The position numbers were made by a program, and so were the translations under genes. The notes under the pieces were generated by a model. The model made no database searches, was not told where the DNA came from, and worked only from the letters and a program-made list of their open reading frames with translations. This document shows positions 1 to 8,939 of a stretch of DNA of 43,980 bases, one piece after another; position 1 is the first letter of the stretch; each line of letters starts with the position of its first letter. The DNA is from an uncultured Rickettsiales bacterium (GTDB taxonomy: Bacteria > Pseudomonadota > Alphaproteobacteria > Rickettsiales > JABIRX01): positions 1 through 43,980 of the forward strand of contig CAXDRM010000002.1 in the NCBI GenBank assembly GCA_963991775.1. Direction: 5' to 3'.

Positions 1-340
1 CTAGCTCTGCACCATAAGCACGTAAAATTTTACGACGCTCTAATGACATTGATTCAGGCATAGTAAGAATCAATTTATAACCTTTGATTGCAGCAGCAAA
101 AGCAAGGCCAACACCAGTATTACCAGAAGTTGGCTCAATTAAAGTTGTTTGTCCGGCTTTGATTAAACCCTGCTCTTCAGCTTCATTAATCATATTAACA
201 CCGATACGGTCTTTTACTGAATTAGCTGGATTATAATATTCAAGCTTAGCAGCAATAGTTGCTTCAGTGTTATTAAGACGATTAATTTGCACTAATGGTG
301 TATTACCAATTAGATGAGTTAAATCTTTATAAATATTCAT
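1..340 (-). CDS. cysK: Cysteine synthase A (O-acetylserine sulfhydrylase), N-terminal part; the gene runs off the left window edge
   Basis: Not in the ORF track because there is no stop in the window. My reverse-strand translation from the ATG at 340-338 gives [113 protein letters not shown]. It has the PLP-lysine motif NPxxSVKDR and the TSGNTG loop. It starts 2 nt after the cysN stop. Confidence 0.85.
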   Translation of the reverse strand, partial: MNIYKDLTHLIGNTPLVQINRLNNTEATIAAKLEYYNPANSVKDRIGVNMINEAEEQGLIKAGQTTLIEPTSGNTGVGLAFAAAIKGYKLILTMPESMSLERRKILRAYGAEL

Positions 341-342
341 GT

Positions 343-1698
343 TTACCCCTTTAAGTGGTTAATAAAAAACTCTGCATCTTGTTGACCAAAATGCCTTTTA
401 ACTAATCCTGCAAGATCAGCTAAGAAAGCCTCATTTCTATTTTTCTGTTTAAGCTGATTTATAGATTTGTCAATAAGACCAGCAGCCATAACTTCGTTAT
501 TAGCTTTATTTATTAATAAAAATGAACCAGTAAATTTATTATCAGCAAATTTGTCAAAAGCCATTTCCTCAGCAAGTGAGAAATCTAAATGAGCAATTTG
601 ATTCTGTCTAATGTAATTAAAGTCATAAGTGCTAAAATCATTAATATTAACTAAGTGATTAATTTTAGTAATTTCGGCATTAGCATAATTATGATTTAAT
701 TTAAGGGTAAGATCGTAATTTTTATCTAAGCTAAATTCTTTCTTACTAAACCAAATTACATGGGCAGAAAAACCATTAGCAACTTGTGGTAATTTTTGTG
801 ATTCAGCAAATATTGTACCGCGATCAATATCTAAATCTCTATCTAATACTAAAGAAACTGACTGACCAGCATGCGCTTTTTTAACTTGCTCACCTGAGTA
901 ATGAATCTCTTTTACCTTAGCACTTTTATAACCAGGTAAAGCCATGATTTCTTGATTTGCCGATATATTACCACCAGAAATTATACCTTGATATAGCCGG
1001 TAATCCTGATGTTTAGAAACCACTTGTACTCTAAAACGAAAATCCCCTTCTTCTTGATCTGGATTATTAAATTTAGTAAGATAGCCATAAAGAGTATCAC
1101 CTTTATACCAAGAAATATTCTTACTTTTCTTAACTACATTATCACCACTAATTGCTACTACTGGAATAAAATAAAGATCAGCAAATTCTAAACCTTTAGT
1201 TTTAGCAATAAAATCATTACGAATATCATTAAAGCGATCTTGTGAATAATCAGCTAGATCCATTTTATTTATTACCACAACAAATCTTCTAATCCCAAAA
1301 AGATAAGCAATATATAAATGGCGTAAAGTTTGCACTTTTAGACCGGCTTTAGCATCCACTAGTAATAAAGCCAATTCAGAGTTACTAGCAGCAACTGCCA
1401 TATTTCTGGTATATTCTTCATGACCTGGCGAATCAGCAATAATAAATTTTTTGCCAGCTGCCGTAAAATAACGATATGCCACATCAATAGTAATTTTTTG
1501 ACGACGCTCAGATTCTAAACCTTCTACAAAAAGTGAGTAATCAACTTGATCTCCACCACTTAATTTTTTTATTTCAGAGATTTGATCATCATAGATTGAA
1601 TCTGTGTTATATAATAAATTTCCAATCAAAGTTGATTTACCATCATCAACGCTTCCAGAAGTTAGGAATTTTACAAGTAATTGTTTTTTATCAGTCAT
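343..1698 (-). CDS. cysN: Sulfate adenylyltransferase subunit 1 (CysN GTPase), with no fused APS-kinase domain
   Basis: 451-aa ORF with GTPase motifs [14 protein letters not shown] and NKMD. It has an EF-Tu-like C-terminal half and lies directly downstream of cysD. Confidence 0.9.
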   Translation of the reverse strand: MTDKKQLLVKFLTSGSVDDGKSTLIGNLLYNTDSIYDDQISEIKKLSGGDQVDYSLFVEGLESERRQKITIDVAYRYFTAAGKKFIIADSPGHEEYTRNMAVAASNSELALLLVDAKAGLKVQTLRHLYIAYLFGIRRFVVVINKMDLADYSQDRFNDIRNDFIAKTKGLEFADLYFIPVVAISGDNVVKKSKNISWYKGDTLYGYLTKFNNPDQEEGDFRFRVQVVSKHQDYRLYQGIISGGNISANQEIMALPGYKSAKVKEIHYSGEQVKKAHAGQSVSLVLDRDLDIDRGTIFAESQKLPQVANGFSAHVIWFSKKEFSLDKNYDLTLKLNHNYANAEITKINHLVNINDFSTYDFNYIRQNQIAHLDFSLAEEMAFDKFADNKFTGSFLLINKANNEVMAAGLIDKSINQLKQKNRNEAFLADLAGLVKRHFGQQDAEFFINHLKG

Positions 1699-1712
1699 TT
1701 TTTTTACCTTTA

Positions 1713-2612
1713 TTAGAAATATCCTTCTGCTTTTTTCTTCTCCATAGAACCTACCTGATCAGCATCAATCAAGCGACCTTGTCTTTCGGAATATTTAGAT
1801 TCTTTGATTTCTTCAATAATCTTATCAAGAGTATCTGCTTCAGAATTAATTGCACCGGTTAGTGGATAACATCCTAAAGTTCTGAAACGGATTTTTTCAT
1901 GCTTGATTTCTTCACCTGGCAATAATTTTAAACGATCATCATCAACCATGATTTTAACACCATCTCTTACTATAACTGGTCTTTTTTTAGCATAGTAAAG
2001 CGGCACAATATCTATTTTTTCTTGGCGAATATATTCCCAAATATCTAACTCAGTCCAATTAGATAATGGGAAAACACGCATAGATTCATCTTTATTCAGG
2101 CGAGTATTAAAAATATTGAATAATTCTGGTCTTTGGTTTTTAGAATCCCAAGCATGAAACTTATTACGAAAAGAAAAGATTCTTTCTTTAGAACGTGATT
2201 TTTCTTCATCACGCCTTGCTCCGCCAAAAGCCATATCAAAACGATATTTATCTAAAGCCTGACGCAAAGCTAAAGTCTTCATAATATGAGTATGCTGACT
2301 GCTACCATCTTTAAAAGGGTTAACATTATTTTTTACACCCTCTTGATTAGTATGCACCATTAAATCCAAATCATATTTCTTAGCTGTAGCATCACGAAAT
2401 TTAATCATCTCTTTAAATTTCCAAGTAGTATCAATATGCAACATTCTGACCGGTGGAGGTGCAGGATGAAAGGCTTTAAGTATTAAATGTAGCAATACTG
2501 AAGAATCTTTACCTATAGAATAAAGAAATATTGGATTTTCAAACTCAGCAAGAGCCTCTCTAATAATATAGATAGCCTCATTTTCGAGATATTTTAAATG
2601 TTCATATTTCAT
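1713..2612 (-). CDS. cysD: Sulfate adenylyltransferase subunit 2
   Basis: 299-aa ORF with the PP-loop [12 protein letters not shown] and a typical CysD C-terminus (RQGRLIDAD...EKKKAEGYF). There is a 3-nt gap to cysI. Confidence 0.9.
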   Translation of the reverse strand: MKYEHLKYLENEAIYIIREALAEFENPIFLYSIGKDSSVLLHLILKAFHPAPPPVRMLHIDTTWKFKEMIKFRDATAKKYDLDLMVHTNQEGVKNNVNPFKDGSSQHTHIMKTLALRQALDKYRFDMAFGGARRDEEKSRSKERIFSFRNKFHAWDSKNQRPELFNIFNTRLNKDESMRVFPLSNWTELDIWEYIRQEKIDIVPLYYAKKRPVIVRDGVKIMVDDDRLKLLPGEEIKHEKIRFRTLGCYPLTGAINSEADTLDKIIEEIKESKYSERQGRLIDADQVGSMEKKKAEGYF

Positions 2613-2615
2613 AAG

Positions 2616-4235
2616 TTACACCAAATTTATTCTATTAATAAAATCACCAAATGCCTCTCCAGAGTTTCTTTCTGCCTTAAATTTAGGTAAAAGCTGATCT
2701 AGTTCTGTAAGTATTTCAGCTTCGCTTAAAGATTCTTTATATAATTTATTTAAACGCTCACCTCTCGGGCTTGCACCTAAATACATATTATATTTACCCA
2801 TTGCTTTACCAACAAAACCTATCTCAGCTAGATATGGTCGTGCACAACCGTTTGGACAACCTGTCATCCGCACAGAAATTGCTTGCTCGCTAAGTTCATG
2901 CTTAGTTTGCAACTCTTCAATTTTTGTTACTAATTCTGGTAAATATCTTTGCCCTTCAGCAAGTGCTAATGGGCAAGTATTAAGTGCCACACAAGCCATA
3001 GAATTATGGCGCAAAGCAGATTGCTCATTATTAATATTATATTTTTTTAGTATATCTGCTACCTTAGCTTTATTAGCTGGCTCAATATCAGAAAGACTGA
3101 CATTCTGATTATTACTAAAAGTGAAATTGACTAACTTTTGTTCTGCTAATTCATTTAAAGCTGTTTTTAAATCACCTAATACGCGACCATTTTCAACAAA
3201 GATGCTATAATGTAATTTGCCTAGATAATCTTCTTTCCAGCCGAGAGTATCTGTACGAGTTTTAAACTCATATTCTTTTGCTGCCTCTAGCTTAAAGCCT
3301 AAACGTTTTTCAAGCTCAGCTTTAAACCATTCCTCACCTAAACGATCAATAGTATATTTAAGCCTAGCTTGTTTACGATCTTCACGATTACCATTATCTC
3401 TTTGCACTGCCGCAATTTGAAAGCAGACATCTAAAATTTTATCTTTAGGCGCGTAACCAAAAATAGTACCAGCACGTGGATAGGTTTTTTCATTGCCATG
3501 CGTCATGCCCATGCCACCACCAGCTGATACATTAAAACCTAATAATTCGCCATCTTTAATAATAGCAATTAGACCAATATCATGTGCAAATAAATCTACA
3601 TCATTATATGGAGGAATTGCTAAAACAATTTTAAATTTACGTGGTAAATAAACTTCACCATAAAGCGGTTCATGCTCATCTTCCTTGTTAATTTTTTCAC
3701 CATCTAGCCAAATTTCATTAAAAGCATTAGTTTGTGGTAAAAGATGCTCACTAATTTTTTTACTAAATTCATATACTTCATATTCACCTGCACTCTTAGC
3801 TGGCTCAGAAGTAGACATCACATTACGATTCACATCTCCACAAGCAGCGATCGCATCTAAACCATATTTATCAAACCATTTAACTGTGGGCTTTAACTTA
3901 GATTTAATCACACCATGCAATTGAATAGTTTGACGCGTAGTAATTTTAATAACTCCTGTTGAATTATGTTTAGCAACTTCATTAACCCCTAACCATTGCT
4001 CAGCAGTAATTTTACCTCCAGGAATACGCAAGCGAATCATAAAAGAATAATCACGCTCTAATTTTTTAAGCGCGCGCTCAGTTCTACGATCACGATCATC
4101 TTGCTGATAAATTCCATGAAATTTTATTACCTGTTGATCATCAGCAGAAATTTGGCCTGTAAGCTGATCTTTTAGACCAGACTCCAAAGTTCCACGTAAA
4201 TAATTACTATTAATTTTAATTTTTTCGTTGCTCAT
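2616..4235 (-). CDS. cysI: Sulfite reductase hemoprotein (beta) subunit
   Basis: 539-aa ORF. The siroheme/[4Fe-4S] cysteine ligands are present: ACVALNTC (Cx5C) and TGCPNGC (Cx3C). Confidence 0.9.
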   Translation of the reverse strand: MSNEKIKINSNYLRGTLESGLKDQLTGQISADDQQVIKFHGIYQQDDRDRRTERALKKLERDYSFMIRLRIPGGKITAEQWLGVNEVAKHNSTGVIKITTRQTIQLHGVIKSKLKPTVKWFDKYGLDAIAACGDVNRNVMSTSEPAKSAGEYEVYEFSKKISEHLLPQTNAFNEIWLDGEKINKEDEHEPLYGEVYLPRKFKIVLAIPPYNDVDLFAHDIGLIAIIKDGELLGFNVSAGGGMGMTHGNEKTYPRAGTIFGYAPKDKILDVCFQIAAVQRDNGNREDRKQARLKYTIDRLGEEWFKAELEKRLGFKLEAAKEYEFKTRTDTLGWKEDYLGKLHYSIFVENGRVLGDLKTALNELAEQKLVNFTFSNNQNVSLSDIEPANKAKVADILKKYNINNEQSALRHNSMACVALNTCPLALAEGQRYLPELVTKIEELQTKHELSEQAISVRMTGCPNGCARPYLAEIGFVGKAMGKYNMYLGASPRGERLNKLYKESLSEAEILTELDQLLPKFKAERNSGEAFGDFINRINLV

Positions 4236-4254
4236 TTTTTAACTTTCACCTTAC

Positions 4255-5643
4255 TTAATAAACATCTTTCAAATATCTCCCCTCTTCTTCAAGAGCTTTT
4301 AATTGCTCCTCGCCAAGAATTTCAATTAAAGTATTTTCAACATCTTTAGCCATATGCTCCTTATCACCACAAACATAAAAATATGCGCCATTTTCTAGCC
4401 AGCTTTTAACTTCAGCCGCATTTTCTTTAATACGATGTTGCACATAGATTTTTTCTTCTTGATCGCGCGAAAAGGCCAAATCAATTTTAGTAAGCAAACC
4501 AGAAGCAATATATTCTTGCCACTCAGCTTGATATAAAAAATCTGTACGCGCATGTTGATCACCAAAAAACAACCAATTTTTACCTACAGCAGCTTGTGCA
4601 TCACGCTCAGCCATAAATGCTCTAAATGGTGCAATACCAGTACCTGGACCAACCATAATAATATCTTTATTAGCATCTGGTAATCTAAATTTATTATTTT
4701 TACTGATATAAAAATCTATTTTATCACCTACTTTTACTTCAGCTAAATAGCCTGAGCATAATCCGGTAACTTGTTCACCTTGCTCATTTTTATATTCAAC
4801 TTTAGCGACAGTTAAATGAACCTCGTCTTCAGTTTGCTCTAATGAGGAAGCAATTGAATATAAACGTGGTGAGTTATTACCAATTTTAATACCTAGCGCA
4901 TCACCTGGTTGATATTCAAGATCCTCCGCAGCAATTTCTACATGGTAAGTTTTTTTATTTGAACCAACATCATTAAGTAAGATATTATTGATTATCTCAC
5001 CTTGATATTTATTAGATTTTTTCTTTTTAGCAGGAGCTGCCGCAATAGTTTGCTTAGCACCTGATAAAGTTAGCGCATTAGTTACTTTAGCAAACCATTC
5101 ATCTAAATAATCTTCATAATCAAGATCATAAATGCTAAGCTCAACTAATTCTTTAGCACCAAGCTCAGTAAAACGTTTATGAAAATCTTTGGCGGTTTGA
5201 TTATAAAATTTGTAATTAGTATCACCTAAACCAAGTACTGCTACATTTAATTTATCTAACTTAAGCTCTTGCTCCATTACAGTTTCATAAAAACTTTCTG
5301 CGACTTCAGGAGGATCTCCTTCACCATGCGTACTAGTTAAGAAAATAACAAATTTTTCTTTTGCTAAATCAGCAGCTTGATAAGTCTCAATAGCTTTTAA
5401 TTTTATTTTTATACCAAGCTTTTTAAGGTGCGCACTTAAATCACTAGAAATCTTTTTAGTATTACCAGTATCTGTAGCATAAATAATTGTGGCTTTATCA
5501 ACATAGGTTGCATCACTTATTTGTGCTACTGCAGTAGTATCACCACTTAAACCTGCAAGATAACCGCTGGTCCAGCTTAATTCATTACCAGAAAGACCTG
5601 CAATAAATTGTTTTAATTCTGCTAACTTTTTATCATTTAACAT
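4255..5643 (-). CDS. cysJ: Sulfite reductase flavoprotein (alpha) subunit, compact form
   Basis: 462-aa ORF. It has a CysJ-type N-terminus (ELSWTSGYLAGL), a flavodoxin domain (IIYATDTGNTKK, LTSTHGEGDPP) and an FNR module (RLYSIASS, GPGTGIAPFRAF, YVCGD, C-terminal RYLKDVY). Confidence 0.8.
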   Translation of the reverse strand: MLNDKKLAELKQFIAGLSGNELSWTSGYLAGLSGDTTAVAQISDATYVDKATIIYATDTGNTKKISSDLSAHLKKLGIKIKLKAIETYQAADLAKEKFVIFLTSTHGEGDPPEVAESFYETVMEQELKLDKLNVAVLGLGDTNYKFYNQTAKDFHKRFTELGAKELVELSIYDLDYEDYLDEWFAKVTNALTLSGAKQTIAAAPAKKKKSNKYQGEIINNILLNDVGSNKKTYHVEIAAEDLEYQPGDALGIKIGNNSPRLYSIASSLEQTEDEVHLTVAKVEYKNEQGEQVTGLCSGYLAEVKVGDKIDFYISKNNKFRLPDANKDIIMVGPGTGIAPFRAFMAERDAQAAVGKNWLFFGDQHARTDFLYQAEWQEYIASGLLTKIDLAFSRDQEEKIYVQHRIKENAAEVKSWLENGAYFYVCGDKEHMAKDVENTLIEILGEEQLKALEEEGRYLKDVY

Positions 5644-6361
5644 CTTTGTTCCTAACTAATTTACCATTAACCATGTGTAAGCCACATTCTTTTTGCTCAT
5701 CACTTTCCCACCACCAGCGACCAGCTCTAACATCATCAATTGCTCTTACTGCTCTACTACAAGGTGCACAACCAATTGAACGATAACCTTCATCATAAAG
5801 CTTATTATAAGCAATATTATGTTTTTTTATTTCTGCCCAAACTTCCATCTCATCAAGATCAAGAATCGGGTAAAATTTAATAATATTTAAAGCCTCATCA
5901 TATTCAAAATAATCTTTATCAGCTCTTTCAGCTGAATGTTCACGCCGCAAACCACTAATCCAAATTTTCTTGCCTGCAAGTGCGCGTTGTAAAGGTTCAA
6001 CCTTTCTAATGTGGCAGCAATTAAGACGTAGCTCTTTACTATCATAAAAAGCATCAATGCCATTTTTAGTTACAAATTCTTGCAGAACTTCAACATCTGG
6101 ATAATAAGCTTTAATTTCTTTTTGATATTTCTTTTTATTATGCTGCCATAATTTATAAGTGTCGGTAGGTAATCTGCAAGTATCCAAAGTGAAGACCTCG
6201 ATAGCTAAATCATTTTTAAAAATTTCATCTAAAATGATTTGATCTTCAATGCTAAAACTAGTCGAAAAAGTTACGTCAGCTTCTTTAGCAATATAGGCTA
6301 GCTTTTCACGCCAATTAAGCTTTGCTGTATCAGCTAGATATTTTGTTATGAGCTCAACCAT
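5633..6361 (-). CDS. cysH: Adenylylsulfate (APS)-type sulfonucleotide reductase
   Basis: 242-aa ORF with the catalytic ECGLH motif plus Fe-S cluster cysteines CC (LNCCHIRKVEPL) and CxxC (SIGCAPCS). These cysteines mark APS rather than PAPS reductases. Confidence 0.8.
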   Translation of the reverse strand: MVELITKYLADTAKLNWREKLAYIAKEADVTFSTSFSIEDQIILDEIFKNDLAIEVFTLDTCRLPTDTYKLWQHNKKKYQKEIKAYYPDVEVLQEFVTKNGIDAFYDSKELRLNCCHIRKVEPLQRALAGKKIWISGLRREHSAERADKDYFEYDEALNIIKFYPILDLDEMEVWAEIKKHNIAYNKLYDEGYRSIGCAPCSRAVRAIDDVRAGRWWWESDEQKECGLHMVNGKLVRNKDVK

Positions 6362-7793
6362 GTTTCACCTGCTTTTCATCTTGTTTGAAATCAGCAAAAT
6401 ATTTGCCAGTAAGATTTTCTTCAAACCATTTATAATGTTCAATTTCTGCAACTGCTTCACCAATAATCACAATTGAAGGAGATACAAATTTTGTGCCGGA
6501 ATATTTTTTAGTAAAATCTTTAAGCGAAGAAACATAAGTTTTTTGAAACTCGGTTGTAGCTTGCTCTATTACTGCAACTCCAGTATCTGGGTTTTTAGCA
6601 AATTTTAGCAAATTAGCAACAATCATCTCAACCTGACTAGCAGACATATAAAATACCAAAGTATCATTTGAACGTGCCATATCCTGCCAATATGCTTCAT
6701 TGTAGATATCCTCTTTATAAAGAGTTAAAAATCTTACGGCTTTTACTTGATTACGAATTGTTAGTGGAATGCCGCTATAAGCAGCTGCACCATTAGCTGA
6801 GCTAACTCCTGGCACAACTTGAAAAGGCACTTTAAATTCTTTAATAGCAGCTATCTCTTCTGCTAAATGCGCAAAAATTGCTGTATCACCACCTTTTAAG
6901 CGAGCAACAATATTGCCTTCTTTAACATATTGGCGCAGCAATTCATTTATCTCTGCTTGGCTTTTATGGTGGTGATCTTTAGTTTTTCCAACGCTTATTT
7001 TTAAAGCATCTTTACGCGCATAATTTAAAATTTGTGGTGCCACTAAACGATCATATAATACAATATCTGCTCGTGATAGTAAGCGTATCGCTTTTAAGGT
7101 CATTAGGTCAGGATCACCAGGACCTGCTCCAATGAAATATACTGCAGCATTATCATTATCCGCACTTTGATTTAATTTGCTTAGCAATTTTTTTTCAGCT
7201 TTTTTTGTATTACCAGCTGTTATTTCCTCGACAATTTCACTTTCCAATACTTCTTGCCAAAATATTCTGCGTGGTTGCACTTCAGTTAGTTTAGCTTTTA
7301 CTTTTGCTCTGACTGATTTGATAAACTCATCTAATTTGGTAAAGCTAGCCGGTATGATTTTTTCGATTTTTTGCTTTACTAAACGCGCCAGCACTGGCGA
7401 AACTCCACCTGAAGAAATTGCCACGATAAAATCATTACGTTTTACAATAGCAGGAAAGATAAAATCAGATTTAGCCGGATCATCGACAATATTAACTATC
7501 TTGCCCTGGCTAGAAGCATCACGCGCAATATCTTCATTTAATTTATGATCATCTGTTGCACCAATAATCACATCATAATTAGCAATACCAATATCTGCAT
7601 AATCTGCAGTAATCAGCTTTAAATCATATTGCTCAGCAAGCTCTTTAGTATCTGCCAAAAAATCTAAAGCCACTAAAGTAATATTAGAGCTATATTCAAC
7701 CAATGTTTCTAATTTAGCGAGCGCAATTCTGCCTCCGCCAACTATTAGTAGTGATTTTTTCTTTAAATTGTAAAATAAGGGAAAGTAACCCAT
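6354..7793 (-). CDS. cysG: Siroheme synthase (precorrin-2 dehydrogenase/ferrochelatase plus uroporphyrinogen-III methyltransferase)
   Basis: It has an N-terminal Rossmann motif (LIVGGGRIALAKL) and a C-terminal SUMT domain (VYFIGAGPGDPDLMTLKA). The ORF track starts at a TTG at 7799; the ATG at 7793 (MGYFPLF...) is the more likely start. Confidence 0.85.
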   Translation of the reverse strand: MGYFPLFYNLKKKSLLIVGGGRIALAKLETLVEYSSNITLVALDFLADTKELAEQYDLKLITADYADIGIANYDVIIGATDDHKLNEDIARDASSQGKIVNIVDDPAKSDFIFPAIVKRNDFIVAISSGGVSPVLARLVKQKIEKIIPASFTKLDEFIKSVRAKVKAKLTEVQPRRIFWQEVLESEIVEEITAGNTKKAEKKLLSKLNQSADNDNAAVYFIGAGPGDPDLMTLKAIRLLSRADIVLYDRLVAPQILNYARKDALKISVGKTKDHHHKSQAEINELLRQYVKEGNIVARLKGGDTAIFAHLAEEIAAIKEFKVPFQVVPGVSSANGAAAYSGIPLTIRNQVKAVRFLTLYKEDIYNEAYWQDMARSNDTLVFYMSASQVEMIVANLLKFAKNPDTGVAVIEQATTEFQKTYVSSLKDFTKKYSGTKFVSPSIVIIGEAVAEIEHYKWFEENLTGKYFADFKQDEKQVKHG

Positions 7794-8037
7794 CGTCAAA
7801 AAAATAAATATCTAAAAAATTTGTCTTAAGAAATTTCCAGCCTCTAACTTTAAAATCTTAGACAAAGAAAATGCTAAGTGATTAGCAACATGAAATTTGA
7901 CGACAGCAACAACAGCACAGCACTTGTCTTAAAGTGTTTGCGAAAGTTTTAGAGTTGTAAAAGTTAGTAGCAACCATTCTTCTAAAATTGTTGTTGTTAA
8001 AAATCTGCAGCAGAATATATAAATATCACGGTAAATG

Positions 8038-8898
8038 TCAAGCTTTGCTTTGCTTAGCAGCTTTTACACTATTCATCATTAAGCAAGCAATAGTCATTGG
8101 CCCAACGCCACCAGGAACTGGAGTAATAGCTGCAACCTTATCTAACACCTCATCAAAGGCCACATCACCAACTAATTTTGCCTTGCCAGATCTTTCAATA
8201 CGGTTAATTCCTACATCAATAATTACAGCACCATCTTTAACATATTCTGCTGTAACAAATTCTGGCTTGCCTATTGCAGCTATTATAATATCTGCACTGG
8301 CAGCCTCTGCCTTAATATCTTTACTGCGTGAATGAAGCATTACTGTCGTACAATTTTCTTGTAGTAATAATTCAGCCATGGGGCGCCCTACTATATTTGA
8401 ACGACCTAGAATCACCGCTTTTTTACCAGAAAGATCTCCTAAATATTCTTTAAGCATTAATAAACATCCTTGCGGTGTACATGGTACTAGCGAATCTTGC
8501 CCTGTATATAATCTACCAGTATTTACTACATGAAAACCATCAACATCTTTTTTAGGATCAATAGCATTAATGATTTTATCTTTATCTATATGCTGCGGCA
8601 AAGGTAATTGCACTAAAATACCATGCACTGCTTCATCTTGATTAAGCTTGGTGATATGTTCTAACAGCTCGGATTCTGCTACATCTGCAGGTAGTAATAT
8701 TTCTTGCGAGTTAATGCCTAACTCTCGAGCTTTTTTATTTTTATTACCAACATAAACTTTACTTGCTGGATCATCTCCTACTAGAACTACTGTAAGGCCA
8801 GGAACTAAATTATGCTGATCTTTTAATGCAATACATTCTTGTTTTACTTGCTCGCATAATTTAGCAGCAAAAGCTTTACCATCTATTATTTTATTCAT
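8038..8898 (-). CDS. folD: Bifunctional methylenetetrahydrofolate dehydrogenase/cyclohydrolase
   Basis: 286-aa ORF with FolD motifs [23 protein letters not shown] and [10 protein letters not shown]. Confidence 0.9.
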   Translation of the reverse strand: MNKIIDGKAFAAKLCEQVKQECIALKDQHNLVPGLTVVLVGDDPASKVYVGNKNKKARELGINSQEILLPADVAESELLEHITKLNQDEAVHGILVQLPLPQHIDKDKIINAIDPKKDVDGFHVVNTGRLYTGQDSLVPCTPQGCLLMLKEYLGDLSGKKAVILGRSNIVGRPMAELLLQENCTTVMLHSRSKDIKAEAASADIIIAAIGKPEFVTAEYVKDGAVIIDVGINRIERSGKAKLVGDVAFDEVLDKVAAITPVPGGVGPMTIACLMMNSVKAAKQSKA

Positions 8899-8939
8899 AA
8901 AAACTCTGTAAGATTTATGAATATTATTTAGGTGAAATT

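Noticed and set aside
7177-8335. ORFs of 123 aa (7177-7548, +) and 115 aa (7988-8335, +) on the strand opposite cysG and folD.
   Set aside because: They lie antisense to genes with clear conserved motifs. Their products are low-complexity (Ser/Leu/Ile/Thr-rich) and have no start context. They are most simply frame artefacts of the coding strand.
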